A stretch of DNA of 59,686 bases from Candidatus Nealsonbacteria bacterium. GTDB taxonomy: Bacteria; Patescibacteriota; Minisyncoccia; Minisyncoccales; GWA2-38-27. This document shows, in pieces, positions 1 to 9,046 of this stretch (the first letter of the stretch is position 1; each line of letters starts with the position of its first letter). The notes below the pieces were generated by a model. The model worked only from the letters and a program-made list of their open reading frames with translations, made no database searches and was not told where the DNA came from. Position numbers and translations under genes: made by a program. The DNA lies in contig JAUWYA010000001.1 of assembly GCA_030616085.1 (NCBI GenBank), positions 74,692 through 134,377 of the forward strand, given 5' to 3'.

Positions 1-1
1 T

Positions 2-247
2 TATGCCCAAAAGCCGACTCTCCACGGTTATGTTAACGGTGGTTTTATGGTTTTTAATAGAAAATTCTTTGATTTCTTAAAACCAGGAAATATGATTGAA
101 GATACTTTTCCAGAATTAGCCAGTCAAAACCAGTTGGCTGTTTATAAACATCAAGGTTTTTGGTATGGTATGGATACTTATCGGGAGTATTTAATTTTAA
201 ATAAACTTTGGAGAGAAAATCCAAAGTGGAAAATATGGAAAAACTAA
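2..247 (+). CDS. rfbF: Glucose-1-phosphate cytidylyltransferase, C-terminal part (truncated by window edge)
   Basis: Frame open from window start; YVNGGFMVF...YKHQGFWYGMDTYRE is the typical RfbF/DdhA C-terminus; precedes a CDP-glucose dehydratase-like gene. Confidence 0.85.
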   Translation, partial: YAQKPTLHGYVNGGFMVFNRKFFDFLKPGNMIEDTFPELASQNQLAVYKHQGFWYGMDTYREYLILNKLWRENPKWKIWKN

Positions 248-1170
248 CAAATATTTTAGTAACTGGCGGAGCTGGATTTATTGGGAGTCATTTAGTAGAT
301 AGATTAATAAAACAAAATCATAAAGTAGTGGTGATTGATAATTTGTCTTCTGGGAAAAAAGAGAATATAAACCCAAAAGCTAAGCTCTATAAAATTGATA
401 TTAGAGATTCAAAAATCTCCCAAATTTTTGAGAAAGAAAAACCGCAAGTTATTTTTCATTTAGCTGCTCAGTCCATTGTTGATATTGCTTATAAGAATCC
501 TTTAGAAACAATACAAACAAATATTATAGGCACAGCTAATATTTTGGAGGCCTGCAGGATAAAAGGGGATTTAAAATCTATAATAATAGTGTCTTCGGAT
601 AAAGCTTACGGCAAAGCCAAAAATCTGCCATACAAAGAAGAGGATCCTCTTTTAGGCGATCATCCTTACGATTTTTCAAAAACCGCTTCTGACTTATTAG
701 CTCAAACATATTTTAAAACCTATAACATGCCTATTGCTATAACCAGATTTAGCAACGTTTTTGGCTCCAGAGATTTTAATTTCGGTAGAATTATTCCGGA
801 TGTTTTTGAATCAATTATAAAAAATAAACAGCTTTTAATAAGAAGTAACGGCCAAATGATTCGGGAATATACTTATGTGGATGATATAGTGGATGGCTGT
901 ATTAAATTGAAAGAAAATATAGAAAAAATTAAAGGAGAGGCATTTAATTTTGGAAGCAAAAATATCTTCAACGTTATTAACCTTATTAAAAAAATAGAAC
1001 AAATATTAAATGTGAAGGTTAATTATAAGATATTAAATATTGCTAAAAATGAAATCCCAGAACAATATCTTGATTACACAAAAGCGGAAAAACTATTGGG
1101 TTGGCATCCTCAAACAACTTTTGAACAAACAATAAAAGAATCATTCAATTGGTACAAAGTTAATTTATGA
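235..1170 (+). CDS. rfbG: NAD-dependent epimerase/dehydratase, CDP-glucose 4,6-dehydratase-like
   Basis: GGAGFIG, HLAAQ, SSDKAY and YDFSK motifs; follows rfbF. ATG at 235 preferred over the 208 start. Confidence 0.7.
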   Translation: MEKLTNILVTGGAGFIGSHLVDRLIKQNHKVVVIDNLSSGKKENINPKAKLYKIDIRDSKISQIFEKEKPQVIFHLAAQSIVDIAYKNPLETIQTNIIGTANILEACRIKGDLKSIIIVSSDKAYGKAKNLPYKEEDPLLGDHPYDFSKTASDLLAQTYFKTYNMPIAITRFSNVFGSRDFNFGRIIPDVFESIIKNKQLLIRSNGQMIREYTYVDDIVDGCIKLKENIEKIKGEAFNFGSKNIFNVINLIKKIEQILNVKVNYKILNIAKNEIPEQYLDYTKAEKLLGWHPQTTFEQTIKESFNWYKVNL

Positions 1171-1916
1171 AAATTACATTTCTTGGAACAAATGGCTGGT
1201 ACGATACTGACACCGGCAATACTATCTGCACCCTTATAGAAACAGAGGATTGTTTTATTATTCTTGATGCTGGTAATGGTTTTTATAAATTAGATAAATA
1301 TATCAAAAATGATAAACCGATTTATCTTTTCTTAAGCCATTTTCATTTTGACCATATTGTCGGCTTACATTGTAAAAATAAATTTAATTTCAAACAAGGA
1401 ATTAAAATATATGGACAAAAAGGTACAAAAGATATTCTTAATAAAATAATTAACCAGCCCTTTACGCTTCCTCTTCAACATAAAGAAGTACTATTCAATA
1501 TAGAGGTTTATGAACTTCTTGAACAAGCAAATACTTTGCCTTTTTCTGTAAAATCTAAACCTTTATTGCATTGGTCTCCTTGTTTAGGTTTTCGTTTTGA
1601 ATTTGAAGAAAAAATAATTAGTTATTGTATAGATACTGGCCCATGCGAGAATCTTATAGAATTAGCTAAAAATGCTGACTTACTTATTGCGGAATGCTCT
1701 TTTAGAATTAATGAACATCATGAAGGTCTTGCCCACTTAAATCCAGGAACTGCTGCTAAAATTGGCCAAGAAGCAGAAGTCAAAAAATTGGCCTTAACCC
1801 ATTTTGATGCTTATAGATATCAAACCTTAGAACAAAGAAAAAAAGCAGAAGAATTTGCAAAAAAGATATTTCCTAATACAATTGTGGCAATAGACGATAT
1901 GCAAATTGAAATATAA
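1167..1916 (+). CDS. Metallo-beta-lactamase fold hydrolase (RNase Z-like)
   Basis: MKITFLGT start, SHFHFDH (HxHxDH), DTGP and LALTHF motifs. Confidence 0.85.
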   Translation: MKITFLGTNGWYDTDTGNTICTLIETEDCFIILDAGNGFYKLDKYIKNDKPIYLFLSHFHFDHIVGLHCKNKFNFKQGIKIYGQKGTKDILNKIINQPFTLPLQHKEVLFNIEVYELLEQANTLPFSVKSKPLLHWSPCLGFRFEFEEKIISYCIDTGPCENLIELAKNADLLIAECSFRINEHHEGLAHLNPGTAAKIGQEAEVKKLALTHFDAYRYQTLEQRKKAEEFAKKIFPNTIVAIDDMQIEI

Positions 1917-1921
1917 TAAAA

Positions 1922-1946
1922 AAGCACTCATATGTTATGAGTGCTT
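1922..1946. terminator. Hairpin between convergent genes, probable intrinsic terminator
   Basis: AAGCACTCATA-TGT-TATGAGTGCTT perfect 11-bp stem, preceded by an A-run (U-tract on the minus strand). Confidence 0.75.
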
Positions 1947-1969
1947 GGAAGAGCTGATTATTTTCAGCA

Positions 1970-2482
1970 TTATTTCCAGCCAATGGCCCTTTTTAAGAAT
2001 TCCTTGTGGCTAGGAAGCATATCTTCCGGAACATTATCAAACCACTTGCCTTTTATTGGATTCACAGCCAGCTCAACCAGAAAAACAGTTCCAAGAGTAT
2101 GACCTCGAGTATCAACGCCGCCAGTGAGTACTCCAGTGAATTCTAATCTTTTTACATCTACATGGAGCTCTCTATTGATAACCTTGCGTACAGTTTGCTC
2201 GTAATCATCTCCAAACCGGATATAACCACCTGGGAAATGCGAGCCCTGATAATGTTCGTCATGTCTAGGCGTAACTAATATCCTATCTGGATTGTCAATA
2301 TTATCCACCACAATTGCTTCAATACAAGTTTGAGGCACCACTCTGATAATAGCATTAAAAAGCTCTGTGCCAATGCCTTTCTCAGGATCTTCAATGCGTT
2401 CCAAAGCACGAGCAGCCACTTCTTTCAATTCATCTTGAGACAACTTTGAAAAATCAAAATCCAAAATTTCATGTACATTCAT
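1970..2482 (-). CDS. NUDIX hydrolase (GDP-mannose mannosyl hydrolase-like), antisense to the locus
   Basis: HFPGGYIRFGDDYEQTVRKVINRELHV Nudix-like box and RGH motif shared with the 2594 ORF; ATG at 2482 preceded by GAAAGGA. Confidence 0.8.
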   Translation of the reverse strand: MNVHEILDFDFSKLSQDELKEVAARALERIEDPEKGIGTELFNAIIRVVPQTCIEAIVVDNIDNPDRILVTPRHDEHYQGSHFPGGYIRFGDDYEQTVRKVINRELHVDVKRLEFTGVLTGGVDTRGHTLGTVFLVELAVNPIKGKWFDNVPEDMLPSHKEFLKRAIGWK

Positions 2483-2541
2483 TTTCTTTCCTTTCAAAAT
2501 CAGATAATATTGCAATTTAGATAAAAAGAACTATGTTTAGC

Positions 2542-2569
2542 ATTATAAATAAATATTCAAAAAAGTCAA
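2542..2569 (-). promoter_or_regulatory. Sigma70-type promoter for the antisense NUDIX gene
   Basis: Minus strand TTGACT (2569-2564), 16-bp spacer, TATAAT (2547-2542). Confidence 0.6.
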
Positions 2570-2593
2570 TAAAAAATAATTTAAAAATAGTTT

Positions 2594-3085
2594 ATGAATA
2601 TAAATGAAGCAATAGAATTTTTAGATAAACAAGTTCCAAATCCTTCAGAGGGTTTGCCAGATGAGGTGTTTTATTATATCAGCAGAACAACTCCGTTGGT
2701 AAATGTTGATTTACTGATAAAAGATGAAAAAGGCCGGACGCTTTTATCCTGGAGAGATGACCAATATACTGGGAAAGGATGGCATGTGCCTGGCGGGATT
2801 ATAAGATTTAAGGAAAAACTTGAAACAAGAATTCAAAAAGTGGCAAAAAATGAAATTGGCGCCGCAGTTAAATTCGACCCGGTTCCGATTGCTATTAATC
2901 AAATAATGTGCAGAAACAATACGAGAGGTCATTTTATATCAATATTATATAAATGTTTTCTTACGAATAAATTTATTCCTAAAAATAAAAATCTAACAAA
3001 CAAAGATCCAGGGTATCTTAAGTGGCATACTACTTGTCCTGACAATCTGTTGAAATTTCATGAGATTTACAGGAAGTTTCTATGA
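2594..3085 (+). CDS. NUDIX hydrolase (NDP-sugar hydrolase, Gmm/WcaH-like)
   Basis: TPLVNVDL, WHVPGGIIRFKE and RGHFIS motifs resemble the Gmm/NudD family. Confidence 0.8.
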   Translation: MNINEAIEFLDKQVPNPSEGLPDEVFYYISRTTPLVNVDLLIKDEKGRTLLSWRDDQYTGKGWHVPGGIIRFKEKLETRIQKVAKNEIGAAVKFDPVPIAINQIMCRNNTRGHFISILYKCFLTNKFIPKNKNLTNKDPGYLKWHTTCPDNLLKFHEIYRKFL

Positions 3086-4878
3086 ATAAAATAAGAGTAG
3101 CCGATTATATTTTTAAATATTTAGCCGATTATGGAATTAAACATGTTTTTTTGGTAGTCGGCGGCGGCGCTATGCATTTGAACGATGCATTGAGAAAAGA
3201 GAAGCGGATTAAACATATCTGCACCCATCATGAGCAGGCGGCTGCAGTTGCAGCTGAGGGGTATGCCAGGACACAAGAGGGATTGGCAGTGGTTAGTGTA
3301 ACTTCCGGCCCTGGAGGAACCAATGCTTTAACAGGAGTTATTGGACAGTGGCTTGATTCTGTTCCAGTATTATACTTGTCTGGCCAAGTAAAATATGAAA
3401 CAACAATTGCGTCTGTTCCTGATAACAACCTACGTCAATTAGGCGATCAAGAGATTAATATAATTGATATTGTCAGGCCAGTGACTAAATACGCAAAGAT
3501 GATAACTGATCCAAAGACGATAAAGGTCGAATTAGACAGGGCTATTCATATTGCTACTTCAGGAAGGCCGGGTCCAGTATGGTTGGATATACCGTTGAAT
3601 GTTCAGGGGGCATTGATTGACGAGCAGAGTTTTCAAAACGAGAGTATAAATAACGTTTTGCCAGAGATAGAAGATAAGACTATTTCTGCAGTTATCAAAG
3701 AGCTGCAAAAAGCCAAGAGACCATTGTTAATCGCTGGTCATGGTATTAGAATTTCAAAAGCTAAAGAACAATTTCTGAAATTAGTTGACTTGTTGGACAT
3801 TCCAGTTGTAACAACCTTTAATGGTTTTGACTTAATTCCTTCCAAATCAGATAATTTTGTCGGCAGAATAGGAACATTGGGCAGCCGCGCAGGAAATTTC
3901 GCGCTGCAAAACGCGGATCTTGTTATTTGTCTTGGAACCAGAAATAATATCAGGCAGGTTAGCTATAATTGGCCTTCGTTTGCCAGGCATGCGAAAAAAA
4001 TTATTGTTGATATTGATGATGCTGAATTGCATAAGAAAACAGTAAAAGGCGATTTTTTGATTCGTTCTGATGCGAAAGTTTTTATAACTAAGTTGTTGGG
4101 AAAAATTTCTGATGGTTTTAAGATTGATAAAACATGGCTTGAATGGTGTTTAACGCGCAAGAAAAAATATCCTGTTGTTTTAGATAAATATAAAATTCCA
4201 AATGAACATTGTGTTCATCCTTACCATTTTATTGAAGAATTGACAGCCGTATTAGATGATAATGTTATTGTGGTTGCGGGAAATGGAACGGCATGCGTTG
4301 TTTTGTTTCAGGCCGGTGCTGTCAAAGCGGGACAGCGTATTTTTTGGAATTCAGGTTGCGCGGCAATGGGGTATGCTTTGCCTGCATCTATGGGCGCGGC
4401 TTTGGCAGGGAATCGGGACGTAATTTGTATTACAGGAGATGGTAGTATTCAGATGAATCTTCAGGAGCTGCAAACTATTAAGCACTATAATTTGCCTGTG
4501 AAAATATTTATTTTAAATAATCAGGGTTATCGCTCAATTGAGATGACGCAGACAAAATTTTTTAATGGTGAGTTTATTGGCTGCAATAAAGAATCGGGTA
4601 TTTCTTTCCCAGATTTTTCCAAACTTGCGGATTTATATGATTTGAAATATTACAGAATAAATTCAACCATCAAGATGCGAGAAGTAATTAAGAGAGCTTT
4701 ATCTTATAAAGGAGCGCTGATATGCGAAGTTGTTTTGAATAATCGCTATATCTTTGCTCCTAAGCTGTCATCAAAAAAAATGCCTGACGGACGCATAGTA
4801 TCCAAACCATTAGAAGATCTTTCTCCGTTTCTTGATCCGGATGAATTTAAAACCAATATGATAATTCCTTTGCTTTAA
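3082..4878 (+). CDS. Thiamine-diphosphate-dependent enzyme, acetolactate synthase-like (YerE-like carboligase)
   Basis: HHEQAA, TSGPGGTN, GRPGPVWLDIP and GDGSIQMN...LNNQGY ThDP motif; located in a CDP-deoxysugar cluster. Confidence 0.88.
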   Translation: MNKIRVADYIFKYLADYGIKHVFLVVGGGAMHLNDALRKEKRIKHICTHHEQAAAVAAEGYARTQEGLAVVSVTSGPGGTNALTGVIGQWLDSVPVLYLSGQVKYETTIASVPDNNLRQLGDQEINIIDIVRPVTKYAKMITDPKTIKVELDRAIHIATSGRPGPVWLDIPLNVQGALIDEQSFQNESINNVLPEIEDKTISAVIKELQKAKRPLLIAGHGIRISKAKEQFLKLVDLLDIPVVTTFNGFDLIPSKSDNFVGRIGTLGSRAGNFALQNADLVICLGTRNNIRQVSYNWPSFARHAKKIIVDIDDAELHKKTVKGDFLIRSDAKVFITKLLGKISDGFKIDKTWLEWCLTRKKKYPVVLDKYKIPNEHCVHPYHFIEELTAVLDDNVIVVAGNGTACVVLFQAGAVKAGQRIFWNSGCAAMGYALPASMGAALAGNRDVICITGDGSIQMNLQELQTIKHYNLPVKIFILNNQGYRSIEMTQTKFFNGEFIGCNKESGISFPDFSKLADLYDLKYYRINSTIKMREVIKRALSYKGALICEVVLNNRYIFAPKLSSKKMPDGRIVSKPLEDLSPFLDPDEFKTNMIIPLL

Positions 4879-4930
4879 TTTGAAAATTATGTTATTATTC
4901 AAAATAAAAAAGTTCTTTAAAAAGGAGGTG
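4870..4930 (+). promoter_or_regulatory. Internal promoter with boxA-like motif and strong SD
   Basis: TTGCTT (4870), 17-bp spacer, TGn-TATTAT (4893); AGTTCTTTAAAA at 4911-4922; AAGGAGGTG upstream of ATG 4937. Confidence 0.55.
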
Positions 4931-4936
4931 ATAAAA

Positions 4937-5701
4937 ATGATAAAAGGCATTGCTTTTGATTTAGACGGCACACTTTACTATGGCAATAAAGTTATAGAGG
5001 GCGCCTTAGATACGGTAAATACTTTGATAAATTTAAATTATCAGATACTTTACTTTACAAATAATTCCGGGAAGACGCAGCAGCAGATTATTGACAAATT
5101 AAAAGGCTTTGGTTTTCGAGCAAATATGCAGAATACATATTGCTGTTCATACGTTATTTGTTCCTACCTGATGGAAAAGAAAATTACGTCTGTTTGCTTA
5201 ATAGGCACTGATGATTTAAGGAGCGATTTAGAATCTCATAACATCAGAGTTGAGAATTCTTTGGCCGTATCTGCGGTGGTCGTGGCTTTTGATTCATCTT
5301 TAAGTTATGACAAGATAACAATGGCGCTGGAGGCGATAAATAATGGGGCTAAATTAATAGTCGCCAACACAGACCCTTCTTATCCCATAGAAAACAATAG
5401 AAGATTACCTGGTTGTGGAGCTATGGTTGGCGCAATTGTCGGCGCAACATGTCATACCCCTGATTTTATTGTCGGCAAACCAAACACATACATGCTTGAA
5501 TTGCTTTGTAAAGAGCATAATTTTTCTTCGAAAGAAATTTGTATAGTGGGAGACAGTCCTGAAAGTGATATTAAAATGGCAGATAATTTTCAATGTCAAA
5601 GCATACTTTTTGACTCCGAGGACGCTTTCCCGACATTTTCAGGCAATAAAGTAAAAAGCCTGCATGAAGTTATTTCATTAATCAATAAGAAAGGAGATTA
5701 A
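4937..5701 (+). CDS. HAD-IIA family phosphatase (NagD-like)
   Basis: FDLDGTL, FTNNS, VGKP and VGDSPESDI motifs; start set by SD AGGAGGTG. Confidence 0.9.
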   Translation: MIKGIAFDLDGTLYYGNKVIEGALDTVNTLINLNYQILYFTNNSGKTQQQIIDKLKGFGFRANMQNTYCCSYVICSYLMEKKITSVCLIGTDDLRSDLESHNIRVENSLAVSAVVVAFDSSLSYDKITMALEAINNGAKLIVANTDPSYPIENNRRLPGCGAMVGAIVGATCHTPDFIVGKPNTYMLELLCKEHNFSSKEICIVGDSPESDIKMADNFQCQSILFDSEDAFPTFSGNKVKSLHEVISLINKKGD

Positions 5702-5705
5702 AAAA

Positions 5706-6491
5706 ATGAACGTACTTGAATACAAAATGGTGGATATACTTAAAGTGTTAAAGAATGAGTATGGTGTTTTTGAGATTAAAGCTGAATTTGAGGCCGAAGG
5801 GAGCCGGATGGAGGAAATGATGCGCCTTAAAGATGTCACCACTTTTGTGGGATTACCGATTATATTAAAGACCGGTGGCGTAGAGGCGGTCACAGATGTA
5901 TATAACGCACTGTCAATAGGCGTGAAAGGACTTATTGCTCCCATGGTTGAAACTCCGTTTGCCTTGTCAAAATTCCTGGCTCTCATAAAAAATATGATTG
6001 CCGAGGATAATAGGAAAGATATTGAATTCGCTTTTAATTTGGAAACTATAACAGCTTTTCAAAACATAGATAAGATGTTTGAACTACCCGATGTTCCAAT
6101 GTTAACCGGAGTAACTGTCGGAAGGGTTGACTTAACTGGGTCTATGGGCTTAGGAAGGGAAGCCATTAATACATCCAGCGAAGTGTACAGCATTTGCGAA
6201 AAGGTTATGTCAAAAGCTAAAAAAAGAGGGCTTAAGACAGGTTTGGGCGGAGGTATTTCAAAAGAGGCCATACCGATTATAACAAAATTGACTAAAAGCA
6301 AATTGCTTGATAAGTTTGAAACGCGCAAGGTCGTATTTCCGGCTGCTTCTTGTAAGTATGGAAACGCCGCGATATTAAAGGCGGTTGAATTTGAGCTTTT
6401 ATGGCTTAAGAGCAAGCGAAGGTATTACTCGCGTGTCAAAGTTGAGGATGAAAATAGAATAACAATGCTTGAGAAAAGACTTAAGCAATAA
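5706..6491 (+). CDS. Aldolase/citrate-lyase (HpcH/CitE-like TIM barrel) family protein
   Basis: IAPMVETPF, NLETITA and VGRVDL motifs; SD AAGGAG. Confidence 0.7.
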   Translation: MNVLEYKMVDILKVLKNEYGVFEIKAEFEAEGSRMEEMMRLKDVTTFVGLPIILKTGGVEAVTDVYNALSIGVKGLIAPMVETPFALSKFLALIKNMIAEDNRKDIEFAFNLETITAFQNIDKMFELPDVPMLTGVTVGRVDLTGSMGLGREAINTSSEVYSICEKVMSKAKKRGLKTGLGGGISKEAIPIITKLTKSKLLDKFETRKVVFPAASCKYGNAAILKAVEFELLWLKSKRRYYSRVKVEDENRITMLEKRLKQ

Positions 6492-6496
6492 TTTTA

Positions 6497-6528
6497 AAAC
6501 CCCGAGATACAAAAGTACCTCGGGGTTT
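6497..6528 (+). terminator. GC-rich hairpin, probable terminator or RNA-processing stem
   Basis: AAACCCCGAG...CTCGGGGTTT 10-bp stem plus TAC/GTA and an AAAA loop, right after the 6491 stop. Confidence 0.6.
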
Positions 6529-6540
6529 CAATTCTATATT

Positions 6541-7695
6541 ATGAATAATAATTGCCATTTATGTAACAATAAATTATTTCCTGATCCAGTTCTACAATTA
6601 AAGGGGATGCCAAAAGCTGCTCAATATTATCCAGAAAAAAATGAGTTTGCAGAAGATATTGGTATACTTTTAACTATCTGGCAATGTTCAAGCTGTGGTT
6701 TGGTCCAGCATACTATGAGACCAGTGGAGTATTTTAAAGAGGTAATTACCGCTGCTTCATTATCAGAGAAATCCAGGTTGTCCAGATTGAATCAAATAAA
6801 AGAGTTTGTTAACAGGTTTGGATTACATGGCAAAAAGGTTTTAGATATTGGCAGCAATAAGGGTGATATGATAGATGTTTTGGAGGAGGCGGGTTTAATA
6901 GCGACAGGAATTGAGGCTTCACAAAAATCAGTAGAAATAGGAAAATCTTTAGGAAGAAAAATGATTAAAGGCTATATCGGGGATATAGATGAAATAGAAG
7001 GCGGTTTATTTGATGCATTTATTTCTTTAAATTACATTGAACATTTGCCTGAACCAGGTCGTATTATCAGAAACATATATAAAAATACTTTTGCTAATTC
7101 AATGGGATTTGTAACAGTTCCTAATTTAGAGTATTTATTAAAAACAAAATGTTTCTATGAATTTGTCGTTGACCACATTTCATATTTTACCAAAAAAACA
7201 CTGACATACGCTTTTGAGGCAAATGGTTTTGATGTGTTAGAATGTCAAACCATTAATGAAGAAAACGATATTGCAGCAATAGTAAGAAAGAAAGAGGCCC
7301 TAGATATTTCTGGACATTTCAATGAAGTTGAAGAACTTATTAAAAATTTACAACAAATTGTAGCTGACTACAAATCAAAGAATAAGAAAGTGGCGGTTTG
7401 GGGAGCAGGCCACAGAACATTGGCATTGTTAGCTTTAAGCAAAGCGAATAATATTGAATATATAATTGATTCCGCGAAGTTCAAGCAAGGAAAATACGCC
7501 CCTATCTTGCATTTAAATATAGTGTCTCCAGAGCATTTGAAGAAAAAAAAGGTTGATTTAGTAATAGTTATGGTGCCCGGACTTTATCCTAGCGAAGTGT
7601 TAAAAACGCTGGCACAGATGAATGTCGGCGTGGAAGTCGCAACGCTTTGCGAAAACAAAATTGAGTTTATCCCGTTAGAAAACTCTGCCCTTTAG
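6541..7695 (+). CDS. NDP-sugar C-methyltransferase-like class I SAM methyltransferase
   Basis: N-terminal CxxC...CxxC, LDIGSNKG, IEH, DHISYF and C-terminal VWGAG...IIDS domain. ATG 6541 preferred because the 6469 extension runs through the hairpin; last residues come from an inserted element. Confidence 0.8.
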   Translation: MNNNCHLCNNKLFPDPVLQLKGMPKAAQYYPEKNEFAEDIGILLTIWQCSSCGLVQHTMRPVEYFKEVITAASLSEKSRLSRLNQIKEFVNRFGLHGKKVLDIGSNKGDMIDVLEEAGLIATGIEASQKSVEIGKSLGRKMIKGYIGDIDEIEGGLFDAFISLNYIEHLPEPGRIIRNIYKNTFANSMGFVTVPNLEYLLKTKCFYEFVVDHISYFTKKTLTYAFEANGFDVLECQTINEENDIAAIVRKKEALDISGHFNEVEELIKNLQQIVADYKSKNKKVAVWGAGHRTLALLALSKANNIEYIIDSAKFKQGKYAPILHLNIVSPEHLKKKKVDLVIVMVPGLYPSEVLKTLAQMNVGVEVATLCENKIEFIPLENSAL

Positions 7696-7732
7696 GGCGG
7701 TTGGGTTGAAAACCCCGCCTTTTCTAACGGGA
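7670..7732. mobile_element. Miniature palindromic insertion element, copy 1 (63 bp)
   Basis: TCCCGTTAGAAAA / TTTTCTAACGGGA perfect 13-bp terminal inverted repeat flanked by TTTA on both sides (7666-7669, 7733-7736). Confidence 0.8.
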
Positions 7733-7754
7733 TTTATTAAAAATTAATAATTCA

Positions 7755-7983
7755 GTCCGGTAGGATCCGAACTAGCATCAATTTAGCGGAGCGAATTTTA
7801 TTCAGATTCAAGGCGCGAGGAGTGAAGTGTGCCTTTAGGCACACGAGCGACGAGCAACAAAGAAACTGTATAAAATTCGCCCGCCCGCAGGGAAGGAAAG
7901 AATAGGTCAATTTCCTCGTCGCGCCTCGAACCTGACCTATTCTTTCGCTTCTAAAGTTGATGATAGTTTGGATCCTACCGGGC
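7755..7983. mobile_element. 229-bp MITE-like or structured RNA element with long imperfect terminal inverted repeats
   Basis: GTCCGGTAGGATCCGAACTAGCATCAA pairs with TTGATGATAGTTTGGATCCTACCGGGC; two internal 14-15 bp stems; GC-rich island in AT-rich DNA. Confidence 0.7.
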
Positions 7984-7990
7984 ACAAAAA

Positions 7991-9043
7991 ATGGAAAGAA
8001 CAAATAGAGAAAAAAATAATAGGGTGAAATTGCAGGAAAAAAAGCCGTTAGCGTATGCAAAAATAATTAAACACTCAGAAAAGATAAAAAATAAAGAATG
8101 CGTCGCTTTAATTCAACTGCAATATAGATATAACTGCAATTTTATGTGCAAGCATTGCGCCATTGAGAGATTCAAACAAAAAGATGGCAGGCTTTTAGCT
8201 ATTGCAGACGTTAAACGAATTGCAGATCAAGCCGATGCAATGGGCTTGGCAAGCATTTGTATTTCCGGGGGAGAACCTCTAATTTTTCCTGATATAAAGG
8301 ATGTTATTGACGCAATAGGTCCAAATAGATTTGTTATTAGTATGGATACAAATGGATGGCTTCTAACGGAAGAGAAAGTAAAATGGCTTGTCGAAAAAGG
8401 TGTAGATAGGGTTCATTTAAGTATTGATGGTCTTGAATTCAATCACGATGATTTTAGAGGAACGAAAGGGTCATGGAAAAGATCTATTGAGGCTTTAGAA
8501 CATTGTAAGAAACATAATCTTGGCGTTATTATCAACATTGTTGCCACAAAAAGTCTAATTTCATCAGGTGAATTGATTAAACAATTAGATTTTTTAGCTA
8601 AATATGGACAACATACAAGTATAATTTTTGCGAAAGCTACAGGAGCTTTTGAGCAGTATAAGGATGAAATATTGGATACAAAAGATATAAAATACATACA
8701 GACCCTGCATCAGCAATTAGGTGGAAAATATAATACTTCAACCCATTTATCTCCGAATTGTGGATATGAATTTGGTTGCATGTGTTTTAAAAGACATATG
8801 TCGATTACTGCTCATGGAGATGTGTTGCCCTGTCCCTGGATTCCAATAAGAATAGGTAATATCTTTGATGAGGATTTAGAAACCATAATAAAGCGCGGGT
8901 TGGGCATAAAGTGGTTTTCTTATGATTGTAAATTCAGTTGTCTGAGCGGCAACAGAGATATGTCATTCTATAAGAATATTATGCCCCAAATAGAACAATC
9001 AGATGTTTATCCTGTTGATTGGAAAAAGATTAACTGGTTTTAA
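7991..9043 (+). CDS. Radical SAM protein with SPASM/Twitch-like C-terminus
   Basis: CNFMCKHC, SGGEPL, TNGWLL, SIDG and C-terminal C...GDVLPCP motifs. Confidence 0.88.
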   Translation: MERTNREKNNRVKLQEKKPLAYAKIIKHSEKIKNKECVALIQLQYRYNCNFMCKHCAIERFKQKDGRLLAIADVKRIADQADAMGLASICISGGEPLIFPDIKDVIDAIGPNRFVISMDTNGWLLTEEKVKWLVEKGVDRVHLSIDGLEFNHDDFRGTKGSWKRSIEALEHCKKHNLGVIINIVATKSLISSGELIKQLDFLAKYGQHTSIIFAKATGAFEQYKDEILDTKDIKYIQTLHQQLGGKYNTSTHLSPNCGYEFGCMCFKRHMSITAHGDVLPCPWIPIRIGNIFDEDLETIIKRGLGIKWFSYDCKFSCLSGNRDMSFYKNIMPQIEQSDVYPVDWKKINWF

Positions 9044-9046
9044 TAT

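Noticed and set aside
6497..6528. Hairpin with ACCCCG...CGGGGT ends as a fourth element copy
   Set aside because: Lacks the TTAGA/TCTAA core and has no flanking duplication; better explained as a terminator-like stem
7752..8060. 102-aa minus-strand ORF
   Set aside because: Spans the structured inverted-repeat element and overlaps the radical SAM gene; no recognisable motif
8361..8369. TTCTAACGG half-site
   Set aside because: No matching left arm; lies in ordinary radical SAM coding sequence (WLLTEE)
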